DNA of 64,000 nt from Eledone cirrhosa. Taxonomy: Eukaryota. The first letter of the stretch is position 1. Every line of letters begins with the position of its first letter. The notes under the pieces are model-generated. The model did no database searches. It had not been told where the DNA came from and saw only the letters and a program-made list of their open reading frames with translations. Location of the stretch: NCBI GenBank assembly GCA_964016885.1, contig OZ024740.1, positions 86,428,001 to 86,492,000 on the forward strand. The letters run 5' to 3'. Of this stretch, positions 1 through 15,952 are shown piece after piece. The position numbers were made by a program, and so were the translations under genes.

Positions 1-141
1 TTCCGTTGGTCTTTCCAATTGGTAATACTATCTATCGGTCGCAACTCCAGGTAGAAGGAGCAACGTTAAATAAAGTGTCTTGCTCAAGGATATAACGCAT
101 CGCCTGGTCCAGGAATCGAACTCACAACCTCACGATTGTGA
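1..141 (-). mobile_element. tRNA-derived SINE fragment (family A)
   Basis: Reverse complement of 12670-12812, with a B-box-like gagttcgattcc and the tccttgagcaagacacttt central motif. Confidence 0.75.
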
Positions 142-246
142 AAAAATAAGACTCCAGTTGCATTTTCGATTTCATCTTTTTTTCTTTATACTTTCACTCG
201 TGTAGGACACCTCGGTTATTTTTCATTTTGTAAAAAAAAACCTCAC

Positions 247-253
<7 letters not shown>
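142..253 (+). mobile_element. Terminal fragment of the Neptune-like PLE repeat
   Basis: Near-identical to 15262-15373 (aaaaataagactccagttgcattttcg...ctttctaat). Confidence 0.75.
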
Positions 254-1420
<1,167 letters not shown>

Positions 1421-1488
1421 ACTGTTTAAGGTTTAAAATATACATAACTATAAAAAGTTTAAAATATACATAACCATAAATAGTATCC

Positions 1489-1565
<77 letters not shown>

Positions 1566-1569
<4 letters not shown>

Positions 1570-2200
1570 TATAAAGTAAAGCATGTCCATAGAATTATTT
1601 GATAATATATATACATCATTTCTTCTCCCAATTAGCATAATTAACCACACAAAAAATCAATTAGACCAGGCTATAAGATTAAAAGGCACCTATGAAGAAA
1701 CAGTAAATAAATATACGATAGCAGCGTCTTCGCGGCCAACCGCTATAGAATATCTACCCAACATTTCAACGGCACATGGAAATTAATTATATATACGGTC
1801 AACCATACACAATTAGGTTAAAATTAAAGTTAGAAATGCTTATATACATACCAGGATTAAATCACTAAATCCCGACCCATGGGTTTCGTTCTCATTTTGA
1901 GATATCCTATTAAGGATAAATCTCGAGTTTCGAACTCTTCAGGGGACAAACTCGCCAGGACAGATTTTTTTCTCAAGTGGCCCCCGCCAAAGACGAATTC
2001 AAAATAGCTGAGAACTGTGACGTGGCAGTGGTCAAGTCAGAAAGAGTGTGATATTTATTTACTGTTCCTTCATAGGTGCCTTTTAATCTTATAGCCTGGT
2101 CTAATTGATTTTTTGTGTGGTTAATTATGCTAATTGGGAGAAGAAATTATGTATATATATTATCAAATAATTCTATGGACATGCTTTACTTTATAGTATT
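1566..2200. mobile_element. Foldback element, arms ~1566-1715 and ~2051-2200, with an internal HHR
   Basis: ~150-bp inverted arms, starting at a (TA)n tract. Confidence 0.8.
1870..1946 (-). ncRNA. Type I hammerhead ribozyme with extended stem II
   Basis: On -: tccc-CTGAAGA-gttc...gaac-GAAA-CCCATGGG-TC-ggga. Canonical core, GUC cleavage triplet and palindromic stem III. Confidence 0.8.
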
Positions 2201-2308
2201 TTACTCTGATTATTTAATTTATTAATTCTTCATTGAGCCACATCATGAATGGTTGCCAAAACACATATATATCTGTGACTTTGTTTAATTGGTGTATGTG
2301 TAAATATT

Positions 2309-2339
<31 letters not shown>

Positions 2340-2340
<1 letters not shown>

Positions 2341-2772
2341 ATAGAATGAAACGAAATTTCATTTCTCACTCTTAGTTACTTAAATGTAAGTATGTATGTA
2401 TACGTACATACATATATGTATACAGACGTACAGTAGTATGTATATATATACATACATGCACACATATATATATGCACGTATCGGTTTACCGAACATTTAT
2501 TATAATGCTCGGTTTGTTTGTAAACAAACAAACAGCCCGAATTACACCGTACAGTGTTTAGGCAACCACGTCACCTTTTTGTTCAACACTGACACAGGAA
2601 CGATGTACTAGTTTCAAGCTTATTAGCTATCGTCAGCATCGTAAACCGAGCATTATAATAATGTTCGGTAAACAGATGCGTGCATATTTATATGTGTGCA
2701 TGTATGTATATATATACATACTACTGTACGTCTGTATACATATATGTATGTACGTATACATACATACATACT

Positions 2773-2778
<6 letters not shown>
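2340..2778. mobile_element. HHR-bearing foldback element (same family as 37741-38895)
   Basis: Inverted arms ~2385-2516 and ~2643-2777; sequence matches the ~445-bp unit at 37.7-38.9 kb. Confidence 0.8.
2602..2640 (-). ncRNA. Minimal type I hammerhead ribozyme
   Basis: On -: gatg-CTGACGA-tagctaataagctt-GAAA-CTAG-TA-catc. Confidence 0.8.
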
Positions 2779-2858
<80 letters not shown>

Positions 2859-2998
2859 TATACATATATATATATACATACATACATACATAAAAGTTTA
2901 TCCCGGGTTCAATCGGGGGTAACCACAGTAAGTAAGGTACTCAATACAAAGCAGGGTATAAATATTCAATATCGAAAAGGCTTCTGTAGAAGCCTTTT

Positions 2999-3087
<89 letters not shown>

Positions 3088-5367
3088 GGAGAGGAGGTAG
3101 ATTTAGGAGTGGGATGGCAATAACCGAACAAAACGATTAGTATCAAATTTAATAAAATTAATATAAGCCAATTAATAATATCAAAATACTGTAATTAGAA
3201 ATTTACCGATTGGATTAAACTCTGAACTGTCTTTTACGTATCTTGCTGTGGATTATTTGAGATTTGAGGTTCGAAATATTCTTTGCCTTTATACGGTTGT
3301 GTTATTAAACTATTAATTGTAAATTTATTAAACTATTATTTGTAACTTTCTGAAATGAATTTAGTTAGTGTTTATATCAAATATTTGCTTTATTCCTAAA
3401 CTAATCCAAAAAACAATGGGTTTTGAAAGTTGCGTTTTCTGACAGGATTCACAACAAGAATGCTTATGTTGTGACTCCTTGCCTAATAGGAATAGATCGT
3501 TACTTAATGTGTTTTGAGCGTGGTCATGTATATATTCCTTTTTGAGAATATTCCCTTCGATATACATTGTTCGTGTATTTTGGAAAGAAATGATAAGATG
3601 TCCAATCACATCTTATCATTTCTTTCTCTCTCACAGCAGAGAACCGCTGTGTCTCATGTCAACGACTCATATACATTTATATAGTTTTTCTTTAAGTATT
3701 TAAACAAGTGAAAATGCAAAACAATAACAATTGAATCTAATCAGCATAATTGTCGTCGTCGTCGTTGGTGTTGTTGTTGCTTTATCCATGGTCAATTTAA
3801 TCAAATCTGTTCAAAAGTGTTCTACCGTGGACTATCTCATATATTTCCAGAGCCTTTATTGGACTAACTTGTCCAATGTATTTTCTATTTTGTTTATTTA
3901 AAGATGCAGGGATGATGTGGGGCAATTTGGCTGTTATTTCTAGAAGAGGCAACGGCACAAAATCTTCTTTAAAGATTCGCATTAAATCTAGTTCTGTTGT
4001 TTAATTCTATTTCAGCACTGAGTATACAGATCTATGATCAAATATGTTCCAGCCATACTGACCCTGATTTCTGTTTGTTTTTGTTTCAAAGACAGAATTT
4101 CGAACACATTATTCAATATTTTTCCTTTTCTTGAGACAGCAGGATATAATTTAAAATATATTTGGCTGCTATTTTGAGCTAGTTGAGCTATTGCGTAGGG
4201 ACTTCCGATTAATCTATATAGACATTCCAATGTGCAATCAGATCAACTCCATGATTATCTAGCACTTATTTCATCGACTCCAAAAGGAAAGCCAGTGCTA
4301 TATGTCGGCAAGATCTGAACGCAGAGTATAAAGTGTCATTATTAAATGCCTCAAATCATTTTTCCCCATCACTGTCTACATACTCACCACACCTCATAAT
4401 GCACAACATTTGATGGCTGCGGTTTTCCTGTAGAAGTTTAAATGATAATCAATCGATGACATTCGACTTTTAAGAATTCCATAGCAATATTTTCTCGGAA
4501 ATTGAATAGTTTATAGTAATGTTGCCTAAACCTTTGGAGTTTGTAGATGTTTTATTGACAGTACGAAGTCTTTTGAAGAGATTTCTTTTCTCAGTTCTCT
4601 TTCTCCACTTTGTTATATCACTTTAACAAGAACATACATAAACTGCAGGAAATGTAAAAGGAATGGAGACTTCAAAGAATAAGGTTTGACACTCACGTTT
4701 GACTGATGAACAACGTAAAGAAAATTATATAATGTTTCGCTGTAGGCAATTAATAGATCAATTCCCCTTGTAAAAATGTAAGGAAATGTAGAAAGCATGA
4801 ACAACTTTCATTATGTTATATTATATTATAAAAGTTGAGTAAGGCTTTTCACGCTTTTTATGATATATGGATAGGGTAAATAGTGAAAGAATATAGATTA
4901 TTATGTTACATTATGAGTTCAAGTTCAATAGCCAAAATTTGTTCCTTTGCTCGAAAACCTAAGCGACGGATTGATCACAGGGGAAACCACAACTAAATAA
5001 ACGGAGCATGCTCTACTTTAGACAAAGGAAAATCCAGGATCTTTTGTCTGCAGCAGGCAAATGAAGCAAAAAAAAAAAAGAATGAATTAAAAATGTAAAG
5101 GAAAACTAAATAGAGCAAAATACATTTAGTTATTCGGAAGGTAACTACAATTGGCAATAAATGAAAACCTGAACAAAAATATAAAACCTAGAAAAAAGTA
5201 GCAACCTTCTTCTGGATAGAAATATAGCGAAATTTCGGTCGAAAACTAGAAAATTTCGCTTGAGATAAGTGCACCTGAAAGAAGAGATGTGAAAATGAAT
5301 GTGATAGAAAGATAAGGAAGAGAAAAATAAAAGAGAAGACAGGAGAAAGAGAGAGAGAGAAAGAGAG

Positions 5368-5442
<75 letters not shown>

Positions 5443-7586
5443 AAGAGGGGGAGAGAGAGGGGGAGAGAGAGAAAAATAAAGAGAACGTGGGATATTTTTT
5501 CTTTCTCCTCTTCAAGTTTTTTGCTCTCTAAAGGATAAAAGACGAGAATTGAAAAAAGATAAATAAATTGAGTAGTGGAAAAAATATCATTTGTAAAGAA
5601 AAGTAAACAGATGAAAATAACTGGAGTTATTAGATTTCAAGATCTGTGTGTAATATTGAATTGCTAGAAGAAATGAAGTGGGGAGGGTTTAGCAAGAGAC
5701 ATCGTGCAGTACGCTTGGGTGTTTACGATTAAATGGAATCTTACACGTGTAGTTGGCCATTTTAGAAATTGATGGCGTCTAAAATCAATAGTGTTGCATC
5801 TCTCTCTCTCTCTCAGTCCCATTTTCTCTACCTCTCTCTGCCTCGCTCTATCTTCTCCTCTCTATCTCGCTCCCTCTATTACTTCTACATTTAAAGATTA
5901 ATTATAGGTGAGTTATTTCTCTTTAATGTAATGGCAACGAACAGCGTGCAGTTTTGCAATAGTTATCGTATTTGTTGATCGAATGTTCCTTTGTTGTTGA
6001 AATTAACAAAAGCTTTTCGTCAGTAGAAATAATATGTTATATTATTGAAATGTCTATGATCATGAGAGACGGGATAGAGTAGAGATTGTAATCTCCTCGC
6101 TTTTGTACTCACTGTTCATGTTCTTTATCTTTCTTCATCTTCTTCATCGCCATCAACTTATTTCTCTTCTAGGAAATTCTCTTTTTCAACCAGCTTCTTT
6201 TCTATATATCTACACCACCCCCTCCTCATTCACGTCCTACGCCTACTCCACCTCCTCCTTGTTATTATTATTCGAGGATCTTCAATAATCTTCTTGTTTT
6301 TCCTCTTGTATTTTTGTTGTTGATTTTTGTTGTTGTTTCTTGTGATTAATTATAACAAAAACAATAATAATGATAGTAGTAGTAGTAGTAGTAGTTGTTG
6401 TTGTTGTTTTTGTTATGTTTTGATGTGTCTAACATGGCTCCGTCGAAGATTTGGATTTCCCACGTTGAATTTGCTGGAAAAGATTTTATTTTTTTTGTAT
6501 TAGCAAGGATATTCGGAGCGTTTTAGCATCCGCCCATTTACCTTGTGGCAACAAAACAAGTTTTGTCGTTGGATATTTTTCTATGTTATATTTATACAAA
6601 TATTTGCTTACTGTTTATTCATGACAATTTCTTCTTCTAGAGTAAAGTGACAGGCGATAGCCACAAGCATAGTAGCAACGGCTACGCCATCAAAAATTTC
6701 GATAAACATTTTTAGAACCCCCAATACAGTAAATATGATAATTAAACAAGAAGACTGTCACGAACATTAAACGCAGAAACAACACAAAAATCACACGAAC
6801 TGATGCTTTTGCAGGTTAGCACACATGTGGAAATAAAAAATGCAGCAACAAAAGCAGCATCACAAATGCATTTTTTCGAGAATTGCAAGCCGGAGAGCTG
6901 TTGAACGGGTGTCAGTTCCAGAAAATAAAACAGTTGAAAATGTATGTAAAAAATGTAGTGCTTCAATGAAGAAAAGGTTAGATGCAAATTGACATATCTC
7001 GACATGTAAAGCAGTTAGAGGACGCCCTGACCGATGTGTAGAAAGATACATGTTCCGTGTATCGGAGCAGGGTAGATATCTGTGCCTGATCTTTAAGACA
7101 TAAAAGAACAGAAGCTAACACGCTACAAACATATTCAAAGGCCTGTGTCACAATATATGAGGAAACAAAACAGATGGATCATGCCCATAACAATTAATAC
7201 CAACGTTGACCCATGGCTCATCAGCCCATTTGTGACGCAGTACATGCAGAGCAGGTGGTGAATGCAAGGGTAAACATGCAACAATATATAGTCGAGTGGA
7301 ATCTATAAACACTTACACGTTCTGGTAACTCGCGAATATCATAAAAATATTCCGGCGTCGTAACTACATATGGCTGAAGCAACGGACATGTTTATTGAAT
7401 ATCTCGATACAGTGTTTAAAGGTGTTCTATTAGATTAAGATCAGCTCAAACTATTGAAATGCTTATTTTTCACGATCTAAACAGCCACGAACAGAATTTT
7501 GGTCATGAATTTGCCGCCATAGAGACTACAAGACTTTATTCGTATGTATATATTCTTGAAGAGAACTCCCTTCAGGCATTTCGTCT

Positions 7587-7655
<69 letters not shown>

Positions 7656-8040
7656 AACATATTCTATCACTTACATAACTAGGTATCACCATAAGCTTAT
7701 GTATACATCATATAAATGGATTTGTATAAATGTGTCTAAAATTGTACATGTGTGCATCTCTCTCTCTCTCTCTGCATGTAATATATATATATATATATAT
7801 ATATATGGAGAGTGAATCAATGATGTTAACCGTAATAACATATTAATTTAGAGTACATTGGAATTTGATGTCATTATCTGGGGATAGCTGCAAATTTGGC
7901 AACAACCAACACATGCTGCTATCACTTATATAATAAATACACGTACTTATCAAGACGTAGATGTGTGGTTTGTGTCTGTGTTAGCGCGTCTTTCTCTCTC
8001 TCTCTCCCTCTCTCTCGCTCTCTCTCTCTCTTTCTTTATA

Positions 8041-8071
<31 letters not shown>

Positions 8072-8108
8072 TTGTGTTTGTATATATGTTCAAATTTATA
8101 CACATATA

Positions 8109-8148
<40 letters not shown>

Positions 8149-8574
8149 CATATATATATATAATTATATATATATATATATACACATATATATATATATG
8201 TATATATAAAGAGAGGGGAGAGAGAGAGGGTGAGAGAGAGTGAGTGGGTGAGGGAGAAAGAGAGAGAGGGGGAGAGAGAGAGAAAGTGACGGAGAATGAG
8301 AGAGGGAGACGTGATGTTATTTATTATATCATAAACATTTGGCTTACGCTTTTGGACAATCTAATCATAGGTTATTGTCTAGGGATCGCGGTGAATTTGC
8401 CACCTTACAATAGTATATATGCGCATCTAATGGTGATACAACGTCTATGATAAATAGTTGCTTATGACTACATACATGTATTTCTGTGTCTCTCTGTATA
8501 AAATATCACACACACACACTGACACAAACACATACACACATACATAAACATATATATATATATATATATATATA

Positions 8575-9262
<688 letters not shown>

Positions 9263-9546
9263 GTGTGTGTGTCTTTATGTATGGTTGTATGTTGGCCATG
9301 GCACAAAAATTGGCGTGAACAAGTGATAGAATTTCGAGTACTCAATACATATGTCAGAGTTCACTCATAATTATGGTGCGCATTCACATGTGCCATTGCT
9401 TGCATATATCGAAATACGAATTTCCGTGTTCAGAGTGTATATGTGTGCATACACACTGCGCGCGTGTCGTGTACGTACATACTTTTACTATGAATCCGAA
9501 AAGTCGTTATTAGTATTTTTATTTTTATTAGTCGTTATATATATAT

Positions 9547-10590
9547 ACTAGCCGAATTACCCGCGCCTTGCTGCGTTTCACACAATTTTTTTTTTTTTTT
9601 TAGTAAGAAAATGATTGATTTTAAATCAGTGATATAATTTATGGAGAAAAACTCTCCATTTCAATATTACTCAATGTAAAATGTAATGCATGAAAAATTG
9701 GAAAACATTATTTTTTGTTATATATCAAATCAAAATTACATTACTAAATCTTATTTTTGTTTTGTTTCTTGTAAATAGTTTTTTCAAAATATCAATTCAA
9801 AACTTGATCATTTTATTTTTGTGTAAAGCATTATTTTCAATTTAGAAATTCAAAGTTTAATTATTTATTTTTTAACATAATAAATACATGAAAATATATA
9901 TACTTTGTCCTGATGAAGAACTTCAGAGTAAACAACATTTCTTGTCTTTTTTTGATTGGCTAAAATGTAGAGATTTTTGAAGTTGCAGTCCTTGAAACAG
10001 CCACATAAAACGTGCCATGACTGAAACATGGGTTTTGTCAGATCTATATCAATAGTTTTGAAAGTTTCACCTTGACTCTTATTGATGCTCATGGCAAAGC
10101 ATGGCCTCACTGGGAACTGCAGCCTCATAAATACAAAAGGCAACTCGCTACCACTTGGTATAAGTGGAATCATCGGAATGAGAAGAGCTTGACCTTTGTA
10201 AGACCCGAATATAATGGTTGCTTCAATCAAGTTCTCATGCAACCTTGTCACAACACATCTTGTTCCATTTATTGGCCAAAATTTTCCCTATAGGGGGTTT
10301 AACCCCCATTAGAGTGTCTTAATATTATTGAAATTTGCTGAAATTGTGAATAGGCATCATATCTTGTCATTTACCTATGGTTTAAATTTCATATAAATCG
10401 AAGGAAAATATTTTCAGCGGGGCATTGTGCCCCCGTGGAACCCTTTGATTAAAATGAAATATACTTATCCAAGTACTCTAGACTATATAGTTTCAGAATA
10501 TATATAGTTATGGGGGTCTATGTCCGAAACCATAGGAAGAGTTTGTGAACGAACAAACAGAGGAACTACAACTTTATATATATATATATA
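9547..10590. mobile_element. Non-autonomous Helitron/Helentron-like element
   Basis: Termini actagccgaattacccgcgc and aaacag...actacaacttt(at)n resemble Helentron/HINE ends, and it carries a PIF1 helicase remnant. Confidence 0.6.
9911..10265 (-). pseudogene. PIF1-type (Helitron RepHel) helicase C-terminal fragment, frameshifted
   Basis: RLQFPVRPCFAMSINKSQG motif followed by a frameshifted CFSHGTFYVAVSR motif. Confidence 0.88.
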
Positions 10591-10931
10591 GAATTAGTAA
10601 ATTTGTATGCCAATGTTACTAAGTAGTTGCATTGGATGGAGTCAACCGACGTCAGAGATTGCTCAACGTATAATAAAGTGTGTTTTAAAATCCGGAGAAA
10701 ATATGGAGAAGAAGTTTATGAAATGGAAATGCGGGTATACAGAATTTATTAGGTAACAATTGTTTCTATAGTGTATGGGTTACCTATACCTCGCTATTTG
10801 AATAATATAAAAATATTATCATAAACCGAAGGTACACTGTAAGCAAACACACCATGTCGTCAGACCTTTGTATTGGAATGATATGAAAATATTTTATACA
10901 CTAGATAAAAGATAAAGAAGGAGGTAGGAAG

Positions 10932-12032
10932 GTGGTCAACTTCTTGGATGTCACCTTCAACCTTAATAACGGTAATATAGAGCCATTTCACAAACTTAAT
11001 GAAAATCTCAAGTACGTTAATGTAAAATCGAACCACCCTCATTCCATTATTAAATCTATCCCTAAAAATATATCCATAAGGATCTCCCGACTGTCGTCTA
11101 ATTTGCAGACCTTCAACGAGCATGCTGAATATTATAATGATGCACTTAGAAAAGCTGGTTACTGCGAGAAAATAGAATATCTAGACGATAACCACATAAG
11201 TACTATAAATAAAACACATCTAAGTCGAACTAGTATTGCACCACACACACACATCAATAGGCATACTAATAGGTGCAAACCAGCAAATAGAGTCAGACGT
11301 AGAGAGTACATATGGTATAACCCCGTGTACAATTCTTCTATTAGCACTAAGATTATCTCACAATTCTATACACTAATCAATAAACACTTTACAACTTCAC
11401 ATAAATACTATAAAATCTTTAACTCGCGCACCATTAGACTCTCATACCCCACTGCACCTAACATAGAACAACTAATTAAAAAACTCAACTCAGCAATACT
11501 GAATAAGTACATCCCTAATGACTCAGCGCACCAACATAGCAACATACAACGCACTAACACGCAACTACAACCCCACCAAACTATCCAGGATTCTACTGCA
11601 AAACATAAAAATAATTGTAACTGCACCAAACCAGGTACGTGCCCACTGAATAACCAGTGCCTAGCACGCAATATTGTCTACCGATGTACAATAAATTCCG
11701 GAACCAACAAATGGTATTACGTCGGATGTACCGCAACTTCTTTCAAGGCTCGCCTATACCAACATCGATCTTCGATCAGGCACGAGAAAATGCGCTCCGT
11801 AACAACCCTCGCCGATAAAGCCTGGCAGCTCCGGAGGAACAATCAAGCTTTCTCCCTTGATTGGCAAATTATTACAGCTGCGCCTGCATATAAGCAAAAT
11901 CATCGATTCTGCAAGTTATGCAATTTGGAGATATACTGCATTTTAACGTCGGTAAACAAACTTTTGAACAGCAAAATTGAACGTTCTCTATACTGTAACC
12001 ATCGTTTGAAAACGACTTTTTCTTTTTTTTAA
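10932..12032 (+). CDS. PLE RT C-terminus plus GIY-YIG endonuclease (open frame, 5'-truncated)
   Basis: VNFLDVT, FHKLN..YVNVKSNHP, WYNP, CNC..CPL..CL..NIVY, YYVG.T.TSFKAR..QH, CKLCNLE motifs. Confidence 0.88.
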   Translation: MVNFLDVTFNLNNGNIEPFHKLNENLKYVNVKSNHPHSIIKSIPKNISIRISRLSSNLQTFNEHAEYYNDALRKAGYCEKIEYLDDNHISTINKTHLSRTSIAPHTHINRHTNRCKPANRVRRREYIWYNPVYNSSISTKIISQFYTLINKHFTTSHKYYKIFNSRTIRLSYPTAPNIEQLIKKLNSAILNKYIPNDSAHQHSNIQRTNTQLQPHQTIQDSTAKHKNNCNCTKPGTCPLNNQCLARNIVYRCTINSGTNKWYYVGCTATSFKARLYQHRSSIRHEKMRSVTTLADKAWQLRRNNQAFSLDWQIITAAPAYKQNHRFCKLCNLEIYCILTSVNKLLNSKIERSLYCNHRLKTTFSFF

Positions 12033-12452
12033 ATGCATATAATGTTACCTTTTTACACCACCGTTGGCAAATTTCTGTTTTATATGTTTATACACAAGAT
12101 ATGGCTTTCTATAATAATAGTACTAAACACTGTTTTCTGGACCCCTTTAGAAATAACCTGCTACTATAATAGCCCCAATAACTTGTCTGTGACACTGTAC
12201 CACTTTGACCCCTTTAACTAAATTTTGTCCGAACAACACCACTAGAAGAATTTACTTCCCCCGCCAACCCTAACACGCCTCATTAAGCTAACTGCTGCCA
12301 AAACATTCTCTCCTTACAATCTCTACTAGTCTGACAGTCTTAAATCCTAAGACTCCCTCCACCTTACTCACTTCCCTCTCCCCCTTCTCTTCCTACCTCC
12401 TTCTTTATCTTTTATCTAGTGTATAAAATATTTTCATATCATTCCAATACAA

Positions 12453-12569
12453 AGGTCTGACGACATGGTGTGTTTGCTTACAGTGTACCTTCGGTTTATG
12501 ATAATATTTTTATATTATTCAAATAGCGAGGTATAGGTAACCCATACACTATAGAAACAATTGTTACCT
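12453..12569 (+). ncRNA. Type I HHR in pLTR with ~90-nt stem II (mirror copy 10751-10867 on -)
   Basis: aggt-CTGACGA-catggtgtgt...atacactata-GAAA-CAATTG-TT-acct. Confidence 0.72.
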
Positions 12570-12635
12570 AATAAATTCTGTATACCCGCATTTCCATTTC
12601 ATAAACTTCTTCTCCATATATATATATATATATAT

Positions 12636-12855
12636 TGAAGGCGTGTGGCTGACTGGTTAGAGAATTGGATTCACAATCTTGAGGTTGTGAATTCGATTCC
12701 TTGACCGGGCGATGCGTTATGTCCTTGAGCAAGACACTTTATTCCACGTTGCTCCTTCTACCTGGAGTTGCGACCGATAGATAGTACTAGCAACTGGAAA
12801 GACCAATAGAACCATTGTTTCCTCGGTCCGATTTGACGAAAGTCGATCGATCCTT
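12636..12855 (+). mobile_element. tRNA-derived SINE (family A)
   Basis: A-box tggctgactgg, B-box-like gaattcgattcc and the gtccttgagcaagacacttt motif. Confidence 0.75.
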
Positions 12856-13202
12856 TATATATATATATATATATATATAGAAAAAAAGATGAAATCGAAA
12901 ATGCAACTGGAGTCTTATTTTCAAAAAATATATATATATTTATTTGGTTCCTTTACCGGTTTCGCAGTTCTTCTGCTTTTCAAAAGTAGAGTTGAGATGG
13001 AGGGTTTGTGGTTTTTCTCACATCTGGTTGGTCTCTGAATGTTACTTGTTTTATATGGATAAAGTGGCTCGAAATGCCAGGTTTTTCGAGAAGTAATTTG
13101 ATTGGTTGGTCAATAATTATAATAAATTTGGCGCCAGTTCGCGTTACAATGTTCTTCAAACAAGGGGGGGGGGTCACAGGTTTGTTTTTTCATATATGAG
13201 TT

Positions 13203-13592
13203 CGTTCTAATTGTGGAACCTGCACTCGCCTCATTGAAGGCAACACGTATACATTTAAATCAGGACAAAATTTTACTGTAAAATATCACTTCACTTGCTC
13301 ATCAAAAAATCTAGTTTATGCCATTAAATGGAAAGGATGCAATGAAGATTATATAGGACAAACTAAACTCACACTCAGAAACAGAATGACAGTTCATCGT
13401 CAACAATTACGAGATCCAACCACGAGACAGATACCACTAAGCGCACATCTAGACATTTGCGCAAGTAATAAGACACCCAAATTCCAAGTATTCCCATTTT
13501 ACCTTTGCGCTAACAATACAACAGAACAAATACGGATAAATAAGGAAAATATGTTTATTCAAAAATATAGACCAGCATTAACTATGGTTTAA
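13203..13592 (+). pseudogene. PLE GIY-YIG endonuclease fragment preceded by CxxC
   Basis: In-frame RSNCGTC...FTCSSKNLVYAIKWKGCNEDYIGQTKLTLRNRMTVH...KENMFIQKY. Confidence 0.85.
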
Positions 13593-13794
13593 TATACATT
13601 ATGTCAACCCCATAACATGCTAACCATCCAAACAGACACATACACACACACATAACACCTTCTACTTTAGAAAATAAAAACCCGAACTAAATAAACCTTA
13701 ACATACGTTTGCACTGACAATACAACAGAACAAATACGAATAAGTAAGGCAAATATGTTCATTCAAAAATATTCCTACTAAAGGAATCATTTTC

Positions 13795-13829
<35 letters not shown>

Positions 13830-14099
13830 ATATATATATTCTCTTCATCTTAACATGCTAACCATACTCCCACACACATAACACCCACACACACACATAA
13901 CAACCCCCACACCCATATACACAACTCCCTCTCCCATTTCTACTAATAGAATCACTTTCCTACATACATATATACACACACACAAAATATATATTCTCTC
14001 CATCTTAACATACTCCCACACACACACATAACACCCATATACACACATACAACTCCCTCTCCCATTTCTACTAATAGAATCATCTTCCAATACACACAC

Positions 14100-14135
<36 letters not shown>

Positions 14136-14269
14136 GCACACAAATAAACATACATATCTTTACTTTCTTTATTCAATAGAAAATCTGAATTCTGACACCC
14201 CAGCGAACTAACCATATTCACTGAACCAGAACAATTCTCCCATCCCATTTCTCTTGACCATTATTTTTT

Positions 14270-14452
14270 TGGCAGTATCGGTAGAGGGTCAGACGCCATG
14301 CTTTGCAGCAAAGAGTTACGGCCCTTTATGGTCTGAGTTCAAATCCCGCCGAGGTTAACTTTGCCTTACATCCTTACGAGGTCGATAAAATAAAGTACCA
14401 GTAATACACTGGGATAATTGCTGGCCTTGTGCCAAAAGTAGAAACAATTATC
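14270..14452 (+). mobile_element. tRNA-derived SINE (family B)
   Basis: A-box tggcagtatcgg, B-box gagttcaaatcc and the gccttacatccttacgaggtcgataaaataaagtacc domain. Confidence 0.85.
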
Positions 14453-14581
14453 TTTTGCTTGTCATAAAATTCTCTAAAAAGGCTACAGAATAGATTTCCA
14501 AATAAGGGCGCGAAAATTTAATGAAAACTTGGCTTTGTGAGCCCCTTTTTTAAGTAAAAAGAAATTCAAACACACACACAC

Positions 14582-14674
<93 letters not shown>

Positions 14675-15197
14675 GCACACAAATAAACACACATATCTTT
14701 ACTTTCTTTATTCAATAGAAAATCTGAATTCTGACACCCCAGCGAACGAACCATATTCACTGAACCAGAACAATTCTCCCGTCCCATTTCTCTTGACCAT
14801 TATCTTTTACTTATCATAAAATTCTCTAAAAAGGCTACAGAATGGATTTCCAAATAAGGGCGCGAAAATTTAATGAAAACTTGTTCACGTGACAGCCATA
14901 ATTTCATTTATAACCAATCAAATTACGTTTATTAAAAAAAAGCCTTCGTGAGCCCCTTTTTTCTAGTAAAAAGAAATTCAAACACTCATATATGAAAAAA
15001 CAAACCTGTGACCCCCCCCCTTGTTTGAAGAACTTTGTAACGCGAACTGGCGCGAAATTTATTATAATTATTGACCAACCAATCAAATTACTTCTTGAAA
15101 AACCTGGCATTTCGAGCCACTTTTTCCATATAAAACAAGTAACATTCAGAGACCAACCAGATGTGAGAAAAACCACAGACCCTCCATCTCAACTCTA

Positions 15198-15233
15198 CTT
15201 TTGAAAAGCAGAAGAACTGCGAAACCGGTAAAG
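15198..15233 (+). ncRNA. Minimal HHR with U3-A8 variant core (mirror copy 12951-12986 on -)
   Basis: ctt-TTGAAAA-gcag aagaa ctgc-GAAA-CCGG-TA-aag. Confidence 0.65.
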
Positions 15234-15769
15234 GAACCAAATAAATATATATATTTTTTTTAAAAATAAGACTCCAGTTGCATTTTCGATTTCATCTTTT
15301 TTTCTTTATATTTTCACACGTGTAGGACACCTCGGTTATTTTTCATTTTGTAACAAAAACCTGACTTTCTAATATATATATATATATATACATATGTGTG
15401 TTTGCATCTATGTATATGTTTGTGTGTTTGTGTGTGTGTGTGTGTGTGGGTGTGTGTGTGCTTGTGTTAGTATGTGGGTGTGGGTGTGTGTGTGTATGTA
15501 GAAAATATCGGTAGGTGCGAAAAAGGAAAATAAGGAATACATTGCTCAATCAGGAAGAGAGTTTGTATATTATATTATATATTTTTGTTCATACATGGAA
15601 CAAAAGCTCTAGCTAAGGTTTAAAAAAAGACAAGATAAAAACATACAAAATAAAAAAGCGGCTGAAGATTGGATCACAATTTTGCTTCCTCTTACAATCT
15701 GGAGATATAGTCAATATTGGATTTTGAAATCTTAGGTAGCGCTTTTTTTTCGTGTATGAAATTAGATAA

Positions 15770-15952
15770 ATAATTGTTTCTACTTTTGGCACAAGGCCAG
15801 CAATTACCCAGTGCATTACTGGTATTTTATTTTATCGACTCCGTAAGGATGAAAGGCAAAGTCAACCTCGGCGGGATTTGAACTCAGATCGTAAAGGGAC
15901 GTAACTATGCTAGAAAGCATGGCTTCCGACCCTCTACCGATACTGCCAATCC
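15770..15952 (-). mobile_element. tRNA-derived SINE (family B)
   Basis: Reverse complement of 14270-14452. Confidence 0.85.

Larger units (their letters stand above)
10590..12619 (+). mobile_element. 5'-truncated Penelope-like element (Naiad-like) with inverted pseudo-LTRs 10701-10931 and 12389-12619
   Basis: Matching 231-bp inverted repeats flank an RT-thumb plus GIY-YIG ORF. Confidence 0.9.
12878..15373 (+). mobile_element. Truncated Neptune-like PLE with inverted pseudo-LTRs 12878-13200 and 14984-15306
   Basis: ~320-bp inverted repeats flank a GIY-YIG remnant, internal duplications and a SINE insertion. Confidence 0.82.

Noticed and set aside
3361-4230. Three co-oriented short minus-strand ORFs as a possible pseudogene
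   Set aside because: No recognisable motifs; cannot be supported without a homology search.
6640-7100. Possible exon after a ttcttctag acceptor
   Set aside because: No sustained open frame or recognisable product.
7205-7230. Isolated CTGATGA on - (and CTGACGA at ~16642)
   Set aside because: No matching GAAA, stem III or stem I; expected by chance.
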